Shown one piece after another: positions 11,755 to 23,509 of a stretch of 64,000 nucleotides of DNA. A program made the translations under genes and the position numbers. The notes under the pieces are model-generated. The model saw only the letters and a program-made list of their open reading frames with translations. It was not told where the DNA came from and ran no database searches. The DNA is taken from positions 1-64,000 of the forward strand of contig NW_027191452.1 of assembly GCF_011745625.1 (NCBI RefSeq). Reading direction: 5' to 3'. How positions within the stretch are numbered: position 1 is the stretch's first letter; each line of letters begins with the position of its first letter. This DNA comes from Cladosporium halotolerans (lineage: Eukaryota).

Positions 11755-12179
11755 TTTGCCGTTGATAGTGAGTGTATTCGTCGCTGTGTTGAATTTGAAA
11801 AGTGTGAGCACGCCAAATGCTCAAGGTCTTCTTGGCAGCCAAAGTCAATGCAATTGGAGGCGCGGTCAAATGTGAAAAGAGATGCGATCGCTGTGTCGTG
11901 AGCGCAAGCACGTGCCAAATTGACCACGTGAAAGATGTCGCAATAAGCTCGAAATTAGAAAACGAGATTGCAGTGGGGCAGAAAACGTGGTGAATGAGGA
12001 GTTGACTAAGTACACAAGCGTGTAAATAGTAAGGTATGTGAAGAGGTCGGAGGTCCAAGTAATAACACTTGAATGTAAGTTCACAAGCGACCGGCAGAGT
12101 CGCCGAAAGTGGTCGCGCCCTCCACAAACCTAAGTTGCGGGAAGGCCGAGCGGGGCCTGCCGCTACCCGCATTCGCCGC

Positions 12180-12190
12180 AGGTGGCAGCT
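12180..12190 (+). promoter_or_regulatory. Possible PACE/Rpn4-like element upstream of RPN7
   Basis: AGGTGGCAGCT about 160 bp upstream of the RPN7 ATG; shares the GGTGGCA core with yeast PACE (GGTGGCAAA). Confidence 0.3.
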
Positions 12191-12345
12191 CGCGCGGTGA
12201 CGGCAGGCGGCTATGATCATCGAAACGCGGCTTCCCAAGCTCACTTGACTGCTAATATCCATCCCGTCCAACCACCCATCTTCTAAAGGATTGTTGAGCT
12301 TCGCAGACCTTTGGACTTTTCAGACCGATCAGAAGTATTGCCATC

Positions 12346-13931
12346 ATGGGTGAACCGCAATACCTCAAGTATCCCATCCTGCCTCTGGCGCAGTCGGTGT
12401 TCGCCCTCGCCTCGCCCACCACAGACACAACCACCAAAAAGACATCATTGAAAACGCTTCAGGATGCTATCCGCGAGCATAAGATGGCGCCTCTATATGC
12501 GCATCTCGCACATCCGACAACTGGCAAACTGAATGCTCCCGGTGAAGGCGGCTCGTTATCACCTTCGATCTCCCGCACGAACACAAACGCCGGCTCGCCA
12601 TCACCTTACAATTTGCTGAGGCGGACGAGCAGTATCAATGCTCCTTCGATTGTTGGTGTGTTGGGTGGAAAGACTGACAAGAGCGTGGATCTCCCGTGGG
12701 ATGAGGCTCTCTACAACGAGCTCAAGGCGGATAACGAGAAGGAGCTCGAGGCTATTCAGAAGGAAGAAGACGAGGCGGTGGAGAGCGCTGGTGACACCGA
12801 GGTGGCGAATGCACAAGGCAAGCGTGCGGAGTTCTACGCGAAGGTTGGCGACAAGGACAAATCGCTGGAGGAATTCGAGAAGCTGTTTGAGAAGACGAGC
12901 ATTCTGGGTACCAAGATCGATATTGTCCTGGCCATCATCAGGATAGGCATGTTTTTCGATGACAAGCTGCTCGTCAAGAAGAACATCGACCGCGCACAGC
13001 AGCTTGTGGAGTCTGGTGGTGACTGGGATCGTCGCAACAGGCTGAAGGCCTACACTGGTCTGCATCTGCTCACCATCCGCGCACACGGTCTTGCCGCGGC
13101 ACCCCTCCTCGATTCTCTATCTACCTTCACTTCCACAGAACTCTGTCCCTACAGCTCTCTGGTCGTCTACGCAACTCTTGCTGGCGCCGTCGCGCTCCCT
13201 CGGCGAGACTTCAAATCGAAGGTTGTCGACGCTCCTGAGATTCGTGCTGTATTTGGCGCCGCATCTACTGAAGAGCGCCTCTCTGCGCTTGGTGGTGCAT
13301 CATCTGCTGGCCAAGGAGCGGATGATACCATGGAAACCGACTCCGAGCCTAAGAAAGCTACTACAACTCCTAAGCCCACCGTTGTCAACCTTACGACGCT
13401 CGGCTCAGGAAACGATGCCGAGGCGGAGCCCGAGATTGATTTCAGCCCTCTGGCCACGATGGTGTCTTCGCTCTACAGTGGAAACTACAGCTCTTTCTTC
13501 ACCTCTCTCGCGGCCGTCGAGACCAACTTTGTCTCGCAGGATCGCTACCTCTTTGAGCACAAGAACTGGTTTGTACGTGAGATGAGGCTGCGCGCGTACG
13601 CTCAGCTGCTGCAGAGCTACAAGGTCGTCGGTCTTGAGAGCATGGCCAGCTCCTTTGGCGTTAGCGTGGCTTGGCTCGACAAGGACCTGGCGCCTTTCAT
13701 TGCCAGCCAGAGGCTGCCTTGCACGATCGACCGCGTGAAGGGTGTGATCGAGACCCAGAGACCGGACGATAAGAACAAGCAGTAAGCATTCATAAATATG
13801 CCTTTGAGGCGAAACTTATGCTGACTCGATCTACTAGATACAACGATGTCGTCAAGCAGGGCGACCAGCTGATCACCAAGCTACAGAAGTACGGCCAGGT
13901 TGTCCGGCTGCGCGGCAGTGAGAGGAGCTAG
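12346..13931 (+). CDS. RPN7: 26S proteasome regulatory subunit Rpn7; intron 13782-13837
   Basis: KMAPLY, GGDWDRRNRLKAY, LLDSLSTFTSTEL, VREMRLRAYAQLLQSY, PCI domain. Last exon QYNDVVKQGDQLITKLQKY to TAG. Confidence 0.96.
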
Positions 13932-14464
13932 GCGAATTGTCAGGTGGCTTGGATGCGCCTGATTCGCATGCTACGTGTGGTGCCTCATGACACATGACGC
14001 TCGGAAGCATAGAATAGACAGCGAGCACGAACAATGAACAGTGTACAATTAATCGCATGTCTTCACGACACATAATGATTGTCGGTACAGTAGCCTAATT
14101 CGGTATTGGCAACCATTTCGATGTCAGCGGCACCTGCACTGAGACTGCATTTCGTTGAGAGTACGAGTAAATCAACAGCACTTTGCTGCCACCATGCCAT
14201 GAACACAAATACATGGCCTCCAAATGCGCCCCATGAAAACACCAGGCCGGTTTCTTACTAAGACTTCGGCAGACCTTCTGGTTCCCCCGGCGCAGAGCGA
14301 CATGGATCGCGCTCACAGCTCGCAACAGCTCCATGACGTATGCAGCTACAGCTTTCTCGGAGTGGCGGCGGCACAGTGACTATAGAGAACATGTACAAGC
14401 TTACACAGCGCGACATTCCAAATCTCTTCAAATCCACAAACCTTTCTCTAGTATATCTGTCTTG

Positions 14465-15121
14465 ATGCGTATCCCATCTTTGCCCAATTTCGTCCGCACC
14501 TTCTACGCCTTTAGCAACGCTACTCTTCACAGAGCTCCCGCGCCGTTCTCTGTATCTGCGAGACCAGGCATTGCCCTTCGCAGTTCTATGCCCACGATTC
14601 CCTTCTTGGGTAGCCTTTTCCACACCGCCGAATCTAGGAAAATGTCGTATCCTCTTGAGAAGTCCGACGATGAGTGGCGCATGCAGCTGAACAAGGGTAA
14701 GCACATGGTTGCGACGAGCTATTTCAGCGAATATAAAGCTAACGCAGTACGTTCAGAGCAATTCCGCGTCCTCCGCCAAAAGGGCACCGAAGCCCCTTTC
14801 TCCGGCGAATATGACAAGCACGCCCCGACCTCCGGCACATACAACTGCGCCGGCTGCGACAAGCCCATTTACACCGCGCAGCACAAGTTCAAGTCTGGCT
14901 GCGGCTGGCCTGCGTTCTTCGACGCCGTCCCCGGCGCTGTGACAAGGCACACCGACAGCACTTTCGGCATGGAGAGAACGGAGATTGTTTGCAGCAACTG
15001 CGGTGGACACCTGGGGCACGTCTTCAAGGGCGAGGGATACCCCACGCCGACCGACGAGAGGCACTGCGTTAACTCTGTGAGCATCAAGTTCAACAAGGGG
15101 GACCCGGAGTCTAAGGCTTGA
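14465..15121 (+). CDS. MXR2: Peptide methionine-R-sulfoxide reductase MsrB; intron 14697-14756
   Basis: EQFRVLRQKGTEAP, CAGC, KFKSGCGWPAF, RTEIVCSNCGGHLGHVF, RHCVNS. N-terminal presequence-like extension. Confidence 0.93.
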   Translation: MRIPSLPNFVRTFYAFSNATLHRAPAPFSVSARPGIALRSSMPTIPFLGSLFHTAESRKMSYPLEKSDDEWRMQLNKGKHMVATSYFSEYKANAVRSEQFRVLRQKGTEAPFSGEYDKHAPTSGTYNCAGCDKPIYTAQHKFKSGCGWPAFFDAVPGAVTRHTDSTFGMERTEIVCSNCGGHLGHVFKGEGYPTPTDERHCVNSVSIKFNKGDPESKA

Positions 15122-15873
15122 GAGACGATCAAGATGACAAGAGATTCGTGTATGCATGATGATATTGTGTTGAAGAGCGAGGCGCTGGTTGGTGTGAACG
15201 ACGAGCGAGTTGAGCGTCGGAGTGTATCATGAGATGATTGATTGTATAACTGAATACAGAGCCTCGAATGCTCTTACTACCTGCACAGTATTACCTACCG
15301 AGATCAAAATTTGTCCTCTGTTTCTGTCACCCGGCTCATGACAGCGACCATCCGTCGTTCGAATTGTGATGATTCGTTCTACATTGAGAGGTCCTCACCA
15401 AGAAGCAAGGTATACTTCGAGGAAAGCAACTGGCAGTATGGAGGAAATAGCACATACTCTCAACCTGGCAGCGATCGTTGATTCCAATTGGCAGTAAGCA
15501 ATGATTTTCGCATCGCAAGATACCGACACACAATCATCATGATATGCTTATGTTCTCTCGTTTCGTCCTCGTTAGGTAGAGACTCCCCGCGTTCGCGTGC
15601 ACCGGATCCGACACGAGCCGAGAAGTCGGCAGGGTCATGGGCAGCAGCTGGAAGCTCGCGGCCCGTCTACATCAACGTTCAACAGCAGCACCGCGATTTG
15701 CATTAGAGACGCCCGCAGCATTCCACAGGGCATGAATCAAGGCATGAACATTTGATACCGAATCTTGGAAGCGCTGCGATCCATCTCGGACACGGTCGCG
15801 GTCGCGCGCCGGCCAGTCGCATCAGGCGCCAACACGCAAAGTACATGATCACCTACTTAGACGCAATCCAACC

Positions 15874-17721
15874 ATGGCAGAAGACGAAGAACCAACTCAG
15901 ACCGAGACTGTTGCCTCTAGCCCGTCATCACAAGCCAACCAGGATCAACAACCTTCGCTGAAATTGGCCAAAGATCGCAACTGTCCATTCTGCGGACAAG
16001 CCTTCACATCCTCTTCGCTCGGACGACACCTCGACTTGTACATCAAACCCAAAAATCCAAAGCCAGCAGACGGTGTGCACGATGTCGAAGAGATTAAGAA
16101 ACTTCGCGGTGGTATCACCCGCCGGCAGCCGCGGAACAGCTTAAAAGGGACAACGGCGCGTAAAGAAGAGAGCGTGGATGCGCCTAGGAACCCGAGCAAA
16201 CCCGCCGAACAGTCACAGGAAACAAGCGAAGGGACGCGCACGAATCATGAAACTCCGGCTGCGTCGCCTGTAAGAGCAAGGGAATCGAGTGATCATCGAG
16301 GCGGATATCTCAACGCTCCCAGCTGGCATTCTACCGGCGTGATCAACAATATACCCCCTCGAGCACCGTCAAGAAATGGCAACGATCGAACAGCCACTGG
16401 ACAAGCGCAACGCGCGCAGGATATGCGTAGGGATGTGAGCTCAGGCCAACGCATTCAGAGACCAGAGCCCGAGACGGACAATACTTGGAAGCTACAAGAA
16501 CAGGCAGAAGTCGGCCGAGCCGCGGAGATGGCTCTCCGTGAGGTCTTGGGGAGTCTGCAAGCGGCACAAAGGAAGATAGAGCCCGGCCCGATCTATGAAG
16601 ACTTCGACTTTTTTGCGCAGACCTTCCCGGGCCTCTGCCTGGCTATCTTGCCTCCTCCAACGACCTTGTTCAGCCCGGCACCTTTCGCATCACCAGAATC
16701 ATGGTCGCTCAATCCGCCTGGCGCTCAACAATCCGATGTCTTACATCGTTTGTTTAACGAACGCTGCAAAGAACTACGACAGGTTAACCCGGATCATCCT
16801 ACAGACTCCACCATATTTCGACATAACGCACACATACAAGGAGCCTTTGAGAACTGGCGTCTTATGTCTGAGCATGATAAGCAAGCAGCCTGGACGCTTG
16901 AAGCCCTTCGAGCCTTCACCACAGTACGCGACTCGAATAAAAGGCTGAAGGACCGCATCTCAAATGCCGATCAGCATTCGTCCCATCTTGAAGCTCAGTA
17001 CGATCGACTCTCGCGTTGCCAGCTGCCTCGCGAGTTGCTCACTCGTCCGCCTACCACACTGCCAATCTCCAGCGCTGTCGCAAGAGACATGCAAAAACGT
17101 TCGCAAGGAGCAGGCTTCTCGGAAAGCGATTATGACCCCGATGCCCTCCTTGCCAAATGGCGCGAAGTTGTCCGATCCGTGACCCGTCCCGCTCGCCAAC
17201 CAAGCGCACCAAAACCTAGTTATGCCAACTCAGCGATGAGAGGTAGCAACGGCACCGACACGCTGCAAGGCTCCATGATCATATCCGGCGCTGTCGTCGG
17301 CGTTGGAGGTCCAATGCCGCGTGCCACAGACGCGCACGGCTCTAATATGGGACCGCCCTTGCCACCTGAAAGCGTGTGTTACGAGACGCCGCCCAACCCT
17401 GGCGCTATCTTTGAGGACGAAGACGGCCAGCAGCATCAGTCACCTTACAATTACCAATCACACGGCACCGAAGATCTCGACGCCGAGCTCGACGAAGACG
17501 TGTCTAATGTGCTCGACACCTCGATCACAAATTTTGTGGATAGGAACGCTCTCGCCAAACAGAGGAGATTCGTGCAAGGAAGCTTTTCGGGCGGTAGTGC
17601 TGGCTTTGGTAAATTCAGAGCCAATGGCAGCGGCGCTGAGAGTCCGAATCTCAATGCTAATGGGAAGAGGCCCGCGGAAATGCCAGCTTACAGAGGGGCT
17701 TCGAAAGGCCAAAGAACGTAG
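15874..17721 (+). CDS. Hypothetical protein with N-terminal CxxC..H zinc-finger-like motif and a coiled coil
   Basis: 615-aa ORF; CPFCGQAFTSSSLGRHLD; good start context (accATGG). Confidence 0.8.
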   Translation: MAEDEEPTQTETVASSPSSQANQDQQPSLKLAKDRNCPFCGQAFTSSSLGRHLDLYIKPKNPKPADGVHDVEEIKKLRGGITRRQPRNSLKGTTARKEESVDAPRNPSKPAEQSQETSEGTRTNHETPAASPVRARESSDHRGGYLNAPSWHSTGVINNIPPRAPSRNGNDRTATGQAQRAQDMRRDVSSGQRIQRPEPETDNTWKLQEQAEVGRAAEMALREVLGSLQAAQRKIEPGPIYEDFDFFAQTFPGLCLAILPPPTTLFSPAPFASPESWSLNPPGAQQSDVLHRLFNERCKELRQVNPDHPTDSTIFRHNAHIQGAFENWRLMSEHDKQAAWTLEALRAFTTVRDSNKRLKDRISNADQHSSHLEAQYDRLSRCQLPRELLTRPPTTLPISSAVARDMQKRSQGAGFSESDYDPDALLAKWREVVRSVTRPARQPSAPKPSYANSAMRGSNGTDTLQGSMIISGAVVGVGGPMPRATDAHGSNMGPPLPPESVCYETPPNPGAIFEDEDGQQHQSPYNYQSHGTEDLDAELDEDVSNVLDTSITNFVDRNALAKQRRFVQGSFSGGSAGFGKFRANGSGAESPNLNANGKRPAEMPAYRGASKGQRT

Positions 17722-17819
17722 CAGGATACCTTGATCTCTTGACGATCTACTCTGGCCGCCGTAATGCTACAGCGCGCTGCAGATATATCTAGAATATGCG
17801 TAAATCTTCACGAGACTGC

Positions 17820-19100
17820 TCAGAAGTCGTCTCTAAACACCCTCACATTCTCTCTTCCCTTATCATCAACCCAAGCCCGAAACATGCCTCCACAGTTGAA
17901 GTCTGCCACCACCTTCCCTGCACCTGCATCCAGCTCAATACCAATCATGCCGCCCTCGCCCTCGCCGGTCTGGTGCCACCTATCTTCGGCAGACTGCTGC
18001 AACATGCCATTTGGACCGGCAACAGCCGTGACAGCTGTCTGAAAAGACGTGTGGTGATTGAAACGAGCGATGGCAGAGGCTGTTCGTGCAGCAGCGAGGC
18101 GAAGGAATGAGTCTCCATTACCCGTCCCTGAAACGGCGGCTGCGCGGCGCTTTGGCTGGGGCATTGATAAGGTGTCTTGAGGAACGGACAGGTAGGCGTT
18201 TAAGGAAGGTAGGCAGGAGGTCAGGAAAGACGCAACATCGATGAGGGGGCTCGATGGGGCCGGGGCTGCGGCGGCACTGGTGACTTGCCACTCCTCTGCC
18301 CAGAAACCTGCTCCCAGAGTTGGAGTATCTCCGACACGACCAGGAAGCTTGTTGGTGATGCCACCCGTCGAGGTGGCGACGCAGAGCGTTCCTGTGCTGT
18401 CAAGCACAACGCAGCCGACGGTTCCTTGCGGCAAATAGTCTTTCCCGTTCCAAGACGGGTCGTTAGTGAGACCATCAAACAAACCCTCTTCGCTCCTCTC
18501 CAGGCTTCCAGAGCCATTCGCCCTTCGCTTCTCATCCTCGTACTCTCCCCTCTCCCAACTCTTCCCCAGCCCCCTGCGATGCTCCTCCCACCGCTTCCTC
18601 GTCCAGAAGTAACTCGGGTCCACCATCTCCAATTCCCAACCTTCCGCCAGCTCCTCACACACATCACCAGTAAGCTGACAATGCCCCTGCGCACCACCTC
18701 CATCCTCGAGTTCCCCGCGCATCAGCATCTCCCTCGCGAGGAGAATCGGATGCTTGACCTTCGTGACGCCCATAACGCCTACACCACGCTTCCTATACCC
18801 CCGACTGACCATGACGCTCGCCTCGAGCTCGATGGTACCGGCGCGCGTGAAGACTGCTCCGCGGCTGGCGTTGAAGAGCGGGTTGTTTTCCAGCTGTGTG
18901 ACGGCGTAAGTGGCGATGTCGAGCGCTGTCGCGCCATTTTCGGAAAGCTTGGAGGTGGAGTCGTGTAAGATTGATAGCAGAGATGAGCGGTATGTTGACC
19001 AGAGGTCTGCTGGGAGGTTATCGCGGGTGATGTTGCCTGCACCACCGTGGATGATTATGCGAGGCTTGATTGGTGTCGGTTTCTCTGAGAAGTCGGACAT
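17820..19100 (-). CDS. Isoaspartyl peptidase / L-asparaginase (Ntn-hydrolase, asparaginase 2 family)
   Basis: IIIHGGAG, LENNPLFNA, ELEASVM, GTVGCV (nucleophile Thr), ATSTGG, GRVGDTP, SGTGNGD. Confidence 0.92.
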   Translation of the reverse strand: MSDFSEKPTPIKPRIIIHGGAGNITRDNLPADLWSTYRSSLLSILHDSTSKLSENGATALDIATYAVTQLENNPLFNASRGAVFTRAGTIELEASVMVSRGYRKRGVGVMGVTKVKHPILLAREMLMRGELEDGGGAQGHCQLTGDVCEELAEGWELEMVDPSYFWTRKRWEEHRRGLGKSWERGEYEDEKRRANGSGSLERSEEGLFDGLTNDPSWNGKDYLPQGTVGCVVLDSTGTLCVATSTGGITNKLPGRVGDTPTLGAGFWAEEWQVTSAAAAPAPSSPLIDVASFLTSCLPSLNAYLSVPQDTLSMPQPKRRAAAVSGTGNGDSFLRLAAARTASAIARFNHHTSFQTAVTAVAGPNGMLQQSAEDRWHQTGEGEGGMIGIELDAGAGKVVADFNCGGMFRAWVDDKGRENVRVFRDDF

Positions 19101-19513
19101 GATGGGCGCAAGGCAGATTTGAATGAAAAAATTGTAGCAGTTCTATATTTTGTTGACTGGATGTATCCAATGCAAGCGTAAAAGCAGCAGGTCTCAATGA
19201 GATAACGGGAAGGCGGTGATACTTGGAGTGCTCGGAGATCCGAGGTCGCTCATTTCCCAAAACGGAAGGAGGTATCTCGCCAAGATATGGGAAGGTTATA
19301 GACGGGAACTGGGTTGAGGACACAGACATTGATAGAATCCGAAACAAATGGTATAGTCATGATCATAATAATCTTTCATTGTCAGGAGTCTTGAACTTGA
19401 CGACCAACTGTCCCAAAGAAGATGCTCTCGGTCATCCACCCGACTCTTTTGAAGCAGGCAGAACGCGCTTTCAATTGCAATTTCTGGCATGCCATGAATG
19501 CCTATCGATAGTT

Positions 19514-22363
19514 CTACTTTTTCGGTAGATCAGCAAACACCCTCTTGAAAATATCTCTCGACTTGTAAAGATTCACAAGCCTGAACCTCTCGTTGTCCAA
19601 ATGCGCCGAGTCACTCGCTTGGCCGCAAGGGAAGTGTGCCGCCGGCGCGTTGAACTCCTTCTCCAGAAACCTGATGGCAGGAATCGAGCCACCCTCGCGG
19701 ATGTAGAGGGGTTTGCGACGCGGAGCCGGTGGTTGATCGGCAGTCTCGAGGGTCGAGAGCTTGGAAGACAGCTGAGAGGAAAGGTCCGAGGCCGCAGTGG
19801 GGTCCAACGGCGTTGCGACGCTGCCATTGGCGAGTACAGTCGAGGTTGTGGGGGAGAGCTTGCTGGCAAAATAGTCGGCATTGGCTGTGTCTTGCGTAGG
19901 CTGAGGCATCGCGACCTTCAGCGGCAATGTTGAAGATCTTCGACGACGAGACTGATCAATGGGACCCCATGCTTCCATAATAGCTTCTTCAAGCGTCTTG
20001 AAGATCTCATTGGTCCAATCGCCGAGCCAAGGTTCGGCTTGATGGTCAACAGTGACAGTTAGTTTGTTGGTAGACTCAAGCTTATCGAACTGAGAATGCA
20101 GGTATGACTTCAGCGTCTCGGCGACTACGTTCGCTTCTTGGTTGGGTACCAGGCGCAGGGAGAGCGCAACCTTGGCTAATCGAGGAATGATTGTCGCATT
20201 GTCTGGGCCAGAAGTCTGGAATCGATGAATAGTCAGACTTGCTTCTCGCCATCTTCGCATCAAGCTTGCAGCAAGCGCCTTTGGGTCACCGAGGTCTGGG
20301 TTGCGTTGGACGAGCGCTTTTGTAATATCAGCGTACAGCTCGCGTTCCTCGTCACTTAAGTCCGGTATAGGGTCGTAGAAGCCAGGTATCATCACCTTGC
20401 CGTTCTTCCCAGTGAGCATGCTCAGAAGCATCACCAGATCTTTTAGCGACTCGTCCAATTGTGCACTTCCGTCAACACCACTGTGAAGATCGGGATGGCT
20501 CGACTCCACCTGGACTGTCGCGTGAATAACGCCGCGCAGTCCGTACGTCAGGCAAGGTATACGGTCGTCAAGCCAGTAGCTGTTGGCAAGTAAGATCCAG
20601 TCCACGTCACCAATCTGTTCCTTTGCTGATTTAATGGCGGCCTCGAAACCACGCGAGCCGCATTCTTCCTCGCCCTCGATAAGGAAGATGATGTCCGAGT
20701 CGAGTGCTTGTTCACTGTTCAGCTCAGCACAAGCGAAAATGGCGGCCATGATTGGTCCTTTGTTGTCAGACGTTCCACGCCCATAGAGGAAGCCATCAAT
20801 GCCCTCCATGTCGAAAGGGTCTGATGGCCATTTTCCGTTGACATTATCCGCGGCCACAACATCGTAGTGACCGTAGAAAAGAATTTTCTTTCTCTTGTGT
20901 GCAGTAGCTGGGTTGCCCCTGAACCTGGCAAGAATCACGGGATTGTATGGGTCTTTGGTGGGCAGCATCTCTGTTATCGCTCCGAAGTTCTTAAAGACGG
21001 AGCGCAGGTACGATGCACCGCGGCGACAGTCAGCCTGGTAATGAGGATCTGACGAGACTGTGCGATATGAGACAAAGCGGCGAAGGTATTCCAGCATCAT
21101 CTCATTGCTCGTTCTTGAACTGGCGAAAGTCGAGGGGCTGCAGTCACTGATTTCCCAGACAGCCAACGTACTGTCACTGGACCCAGTTACATAGATCGGT
21201 CGGCGGTTGTAGTATGTGAATGCTGATGCCAGAATACGGCCTTCGTGTGCCTTCAACCTGCTCCTGAGCTGGTATTGGTGATCGAACTTGCGGACGAATC
21301 CAGTGACAGCTGCACTGAAGAGGAAGCCACCGCCAACACAGACACTGAGCACATCATCCCTGTGTGCCTTGATGTTGCGAACCAGCTGGTGGGTTTCCAA
21401 ATCCCAGACATCGACTTCGCCGCCAGAGCGTCCAGTGTAAAGAAAGGTGCAATCAATAGCCATTGTAAGGATTGCATGCCCTTCCTCCCTACCGTCGTCC
21501 AACTCATAGAGTGCTTCAATTGCACCTCCGTTCGCATCCAGCTTCCACAATTTCACCATGCCGTCGCCACCGCCTGTGATAAGAACTTCCTGACCACCAG
21601 CTTCTTGCACACCTTCCTTCACCAGCAGCATGCAGTTCACGTATCCATAGTGCGCGAAGTGCATGACGTTCTCTTTCGGTATCTCCAGCGTCTTGCCTCC
21701 CACCGCATGCTTGGGTGTGATGCCAGCATCGGGCGGCTTGGGCGTACTTATGCCTCCGGGTCCCTTGGAGTCGAAGAATGGATCGTCCCGCAGCGACGGG
21801 TGCACCGCAGGCGCTGATGCATCAGACTGGTCTTGATCTGCCAGGCTACACCAGGAGATGGTGGTATTCTGTGCACCAAGATATATGGTCCGCGATGAGG
21901 CTGAATAGGCGACACAGAAGATGTCTCCGACATCGTATGAGGAATAGAGGCAGCACACTCTGGCCAGCGTGCTTGCGCTCCAGACGTTCACGATGCGGTC
22001 TCCGGCGCTGGAGAATAGCAGCTTTCCATCCTCGCTAAGACAGAGCCCAAGCACACTCCCTCTGTGTCCATCGATCACAGCCTTTTTCTCGTAGGTGTCA
22101 AGGCGGAAGACCAGGATCTCTCCGGCTTGCGTTCCAGCATATATGTACTCATCTCCAAGGGCGATGGTGAGAATCGAACTGGTGTGCTTCAAGCGATGGC
22201 TCAGGGTAGGCAGGTTACCCTGTTGGTAGCCGACATCGTGGCTGGGTTGGCGGGAGAGGGAGCTAGCGGGGGAGGGCTGTTCGTCTGTTTCGGAGAGGCT
22301 CCCTGCAAGTTGCGGACGAGGGGTTAGCGATGAGTGCTGGCGGAGGGCGTCGAGCCTGGACAT
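19514..22363 (-). CDS. DUG2: WD40 + M20 peptidase, glutathione degradosome subunit
   Basis: N-terminal WD40 repeats; FYGHYDVV, YGRGTSDNKGP, EGEEECGS, DLHSG, REGGSIP, AHLDNER. Confidence 0.92.
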   Translation of the reverse strand: MSRLDALRQHSSLTPRPQLAGSLSETDEQPSPASSLSRQPSHDVGYQQGNLPTLSHRLKHTSSILTIALGDEYIYAGTQAGEILVFRLDTYEKKAVIDGHRGSVLGLCLSEDGKLLFSSAGDRIVNVWSASTLARVCCLYSSYDVGDIFCVAYSASSRTIYLGAQNTTISWCSLADQDQSDASAPAVHPSLRDDPFFDSKGPGGISTPKPPDAGITPKHAVGGKTLEIPKENVMHFAHYGYVNCMLLVKEGVQEAGGQEVLITGGGDGMVKLWKLDANGGAIEALYELDDGREEGHAILTMAIDCTFLYTGRSGGEVDVWDLETHQLVRNIKAHRDDVLSVCVGGGFLFSAAVTGFVRKFDHQYQLRSRLKAHEGRILASAFTYYNRRPIYVTGSSDSTLAVWEISDCSPSTFASSRTSNEMMLEYLRRFVSYRTVSSDPHYQADCRRGASYLRSVFKNFGAITEMLPTKDPYNPVILARFRGNPATAHKRKKILFYGHYDVVAADNVNGKWPSDPFDMEGIDGFLYGRGTSDNKGPIMAAIFACAELNSEQALDSDIIFLIEGEEECGSRGFEAAIKSAKEQIGDVDWILLANSYWLDDRIPCLTYGLRGVIHATVQVESSHPDLHSGVDGSAQLDESLKDLVMLLSMLTGKNGKVMIPGFYDPIPDLSDEERELYADITKALVQRNPDLGDPKALAASLMRRWREASLTIHRFQTSGPDNATIIPRLAKVALSLRLVPNQEANVVAETLKSYLHSQFDKLESTNKLTVTVDHQAEPWLGDWTNEIFKTLEEAIMEAWGPIDQSRRRRSSTLPLKVAMPQPTQDTANADYFASKLSPTTSTVLANGSVATPLDPTAASDLSSQLSSKLSTLETADQPPAPRRKPLYIREGGSIPAIRFLEKEFNAPAAHFPCGQASDSAHLDNERFRLVNLYKSRDIFKRVFADLPKK

Positions 22364-22920
22364 CGACCGCGACGTGCTCGACACTTTTTATCGGTCGGCG
22401 TTGGTTGTGCAAAAGGTTGGTGTCAAAACGCCAGACCCGGTTTATAGGTCGCGAGCGAAATGTTCCATGGCGGTAAGAGGGTTCTCCAGGATATGATGTC
22501 GCGTGTTTGGGCGCGCCAAGGCGGGGGATGTTTTCGTGGGGAAATGGTAGGGCTGAAAGGAGACGATGCTTACATTCGAATGTTGAGGTGGAGAAGGACG
22601 ATGCACGATGAAAACTTTCAGGAGGCCAATCTTCGCCGCAGTCGCTGCGAGGGACGGTCAACATCGTTGTGTGGTGCATGCGAAGTTCGTGCAGGCGAAG
22701 CAATCAGGCCATGTCCGACCTTCGCACCAGGATGGTGCCATCGCTCGCAATTGATGCAGAGGCCACCGCCGCTCATACTGGGTATATTGTGCTACAACGT
22801 ACAGGGGCAACTGCTGCGGCTGGGAATGAATACTGATAAAGCAGACTCTATTATATCGGGATACGTAAATACTCTACAGCCCGGTGCTCGAGCGTTTCTC
22901 TTGCACATCTTCTTGGAGAC

Positions 22921-23509
22921 TTAGTTGGCAAGCACAAGGACCTTCCTCGCCACGATCAATATCCAAACCTCAAAAATTGCACCTGCCACCCAAAACCCAA
23001 AGACGACATACCAGTCCTCACAGGTCTGTCGCTGCAGTAGCCAAAGCAATGCGTCGAGATTCAGCCCCGTCGAAGACCTGTCGCATTGCTCGATAACAGG
23101 CCCAAACAGCTGGATAGCCGTCCCGATCAGCCCCGTGAGGTAAAGTACGAACATGATGAACGCCTTTAGCATCACAAGGCCAGGGAAGAGACGGCGTGAG
23201 AACGCCAGAAGCAGAATCACCCAGACAAAAGCTTCTGTCAGAGCTCCGACCGTAATGCCGTAGGGAATGATCCTGCACGGAGTGAGATGTCAGCAGTTGC
23301 CAAGATCACCAACAAACAGCTGCGGCTTACCAGGGCGTCCCTAGGCCCAGCGTACTTTGCTGGTTGGCCATCGTGGCGAAGTTCGTAATGAGATACAGCC
23401 CTGCTATGATCATGAAAATTGCCCACGCATACAGCGTGGTTTCTGGCCAGCGATAGGCATGCCGCACTATCACCCGCTGAAAGCTCGTCGAGACTTCTGA
23501 GCGTGCCAT
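22921..23509 (-). CDS. Small 4-TM (MARVEL-like) membrane protein; intron 23273-23330
   Basis: Two ORF pieces joined in frame by a GTAAG..GCTGAC..CAG intron; four hydrophobic segments and Cys residues in the last loop. Confidence 0.75.

Noticed and set aside
12520..13440. Low-complexity insertions in Rpn7 and near the Dug2 C-terminus
   Set aside because: Such loops are, as far as I recall, usual in filamentous ascomycete orthologues; no distinct motif.
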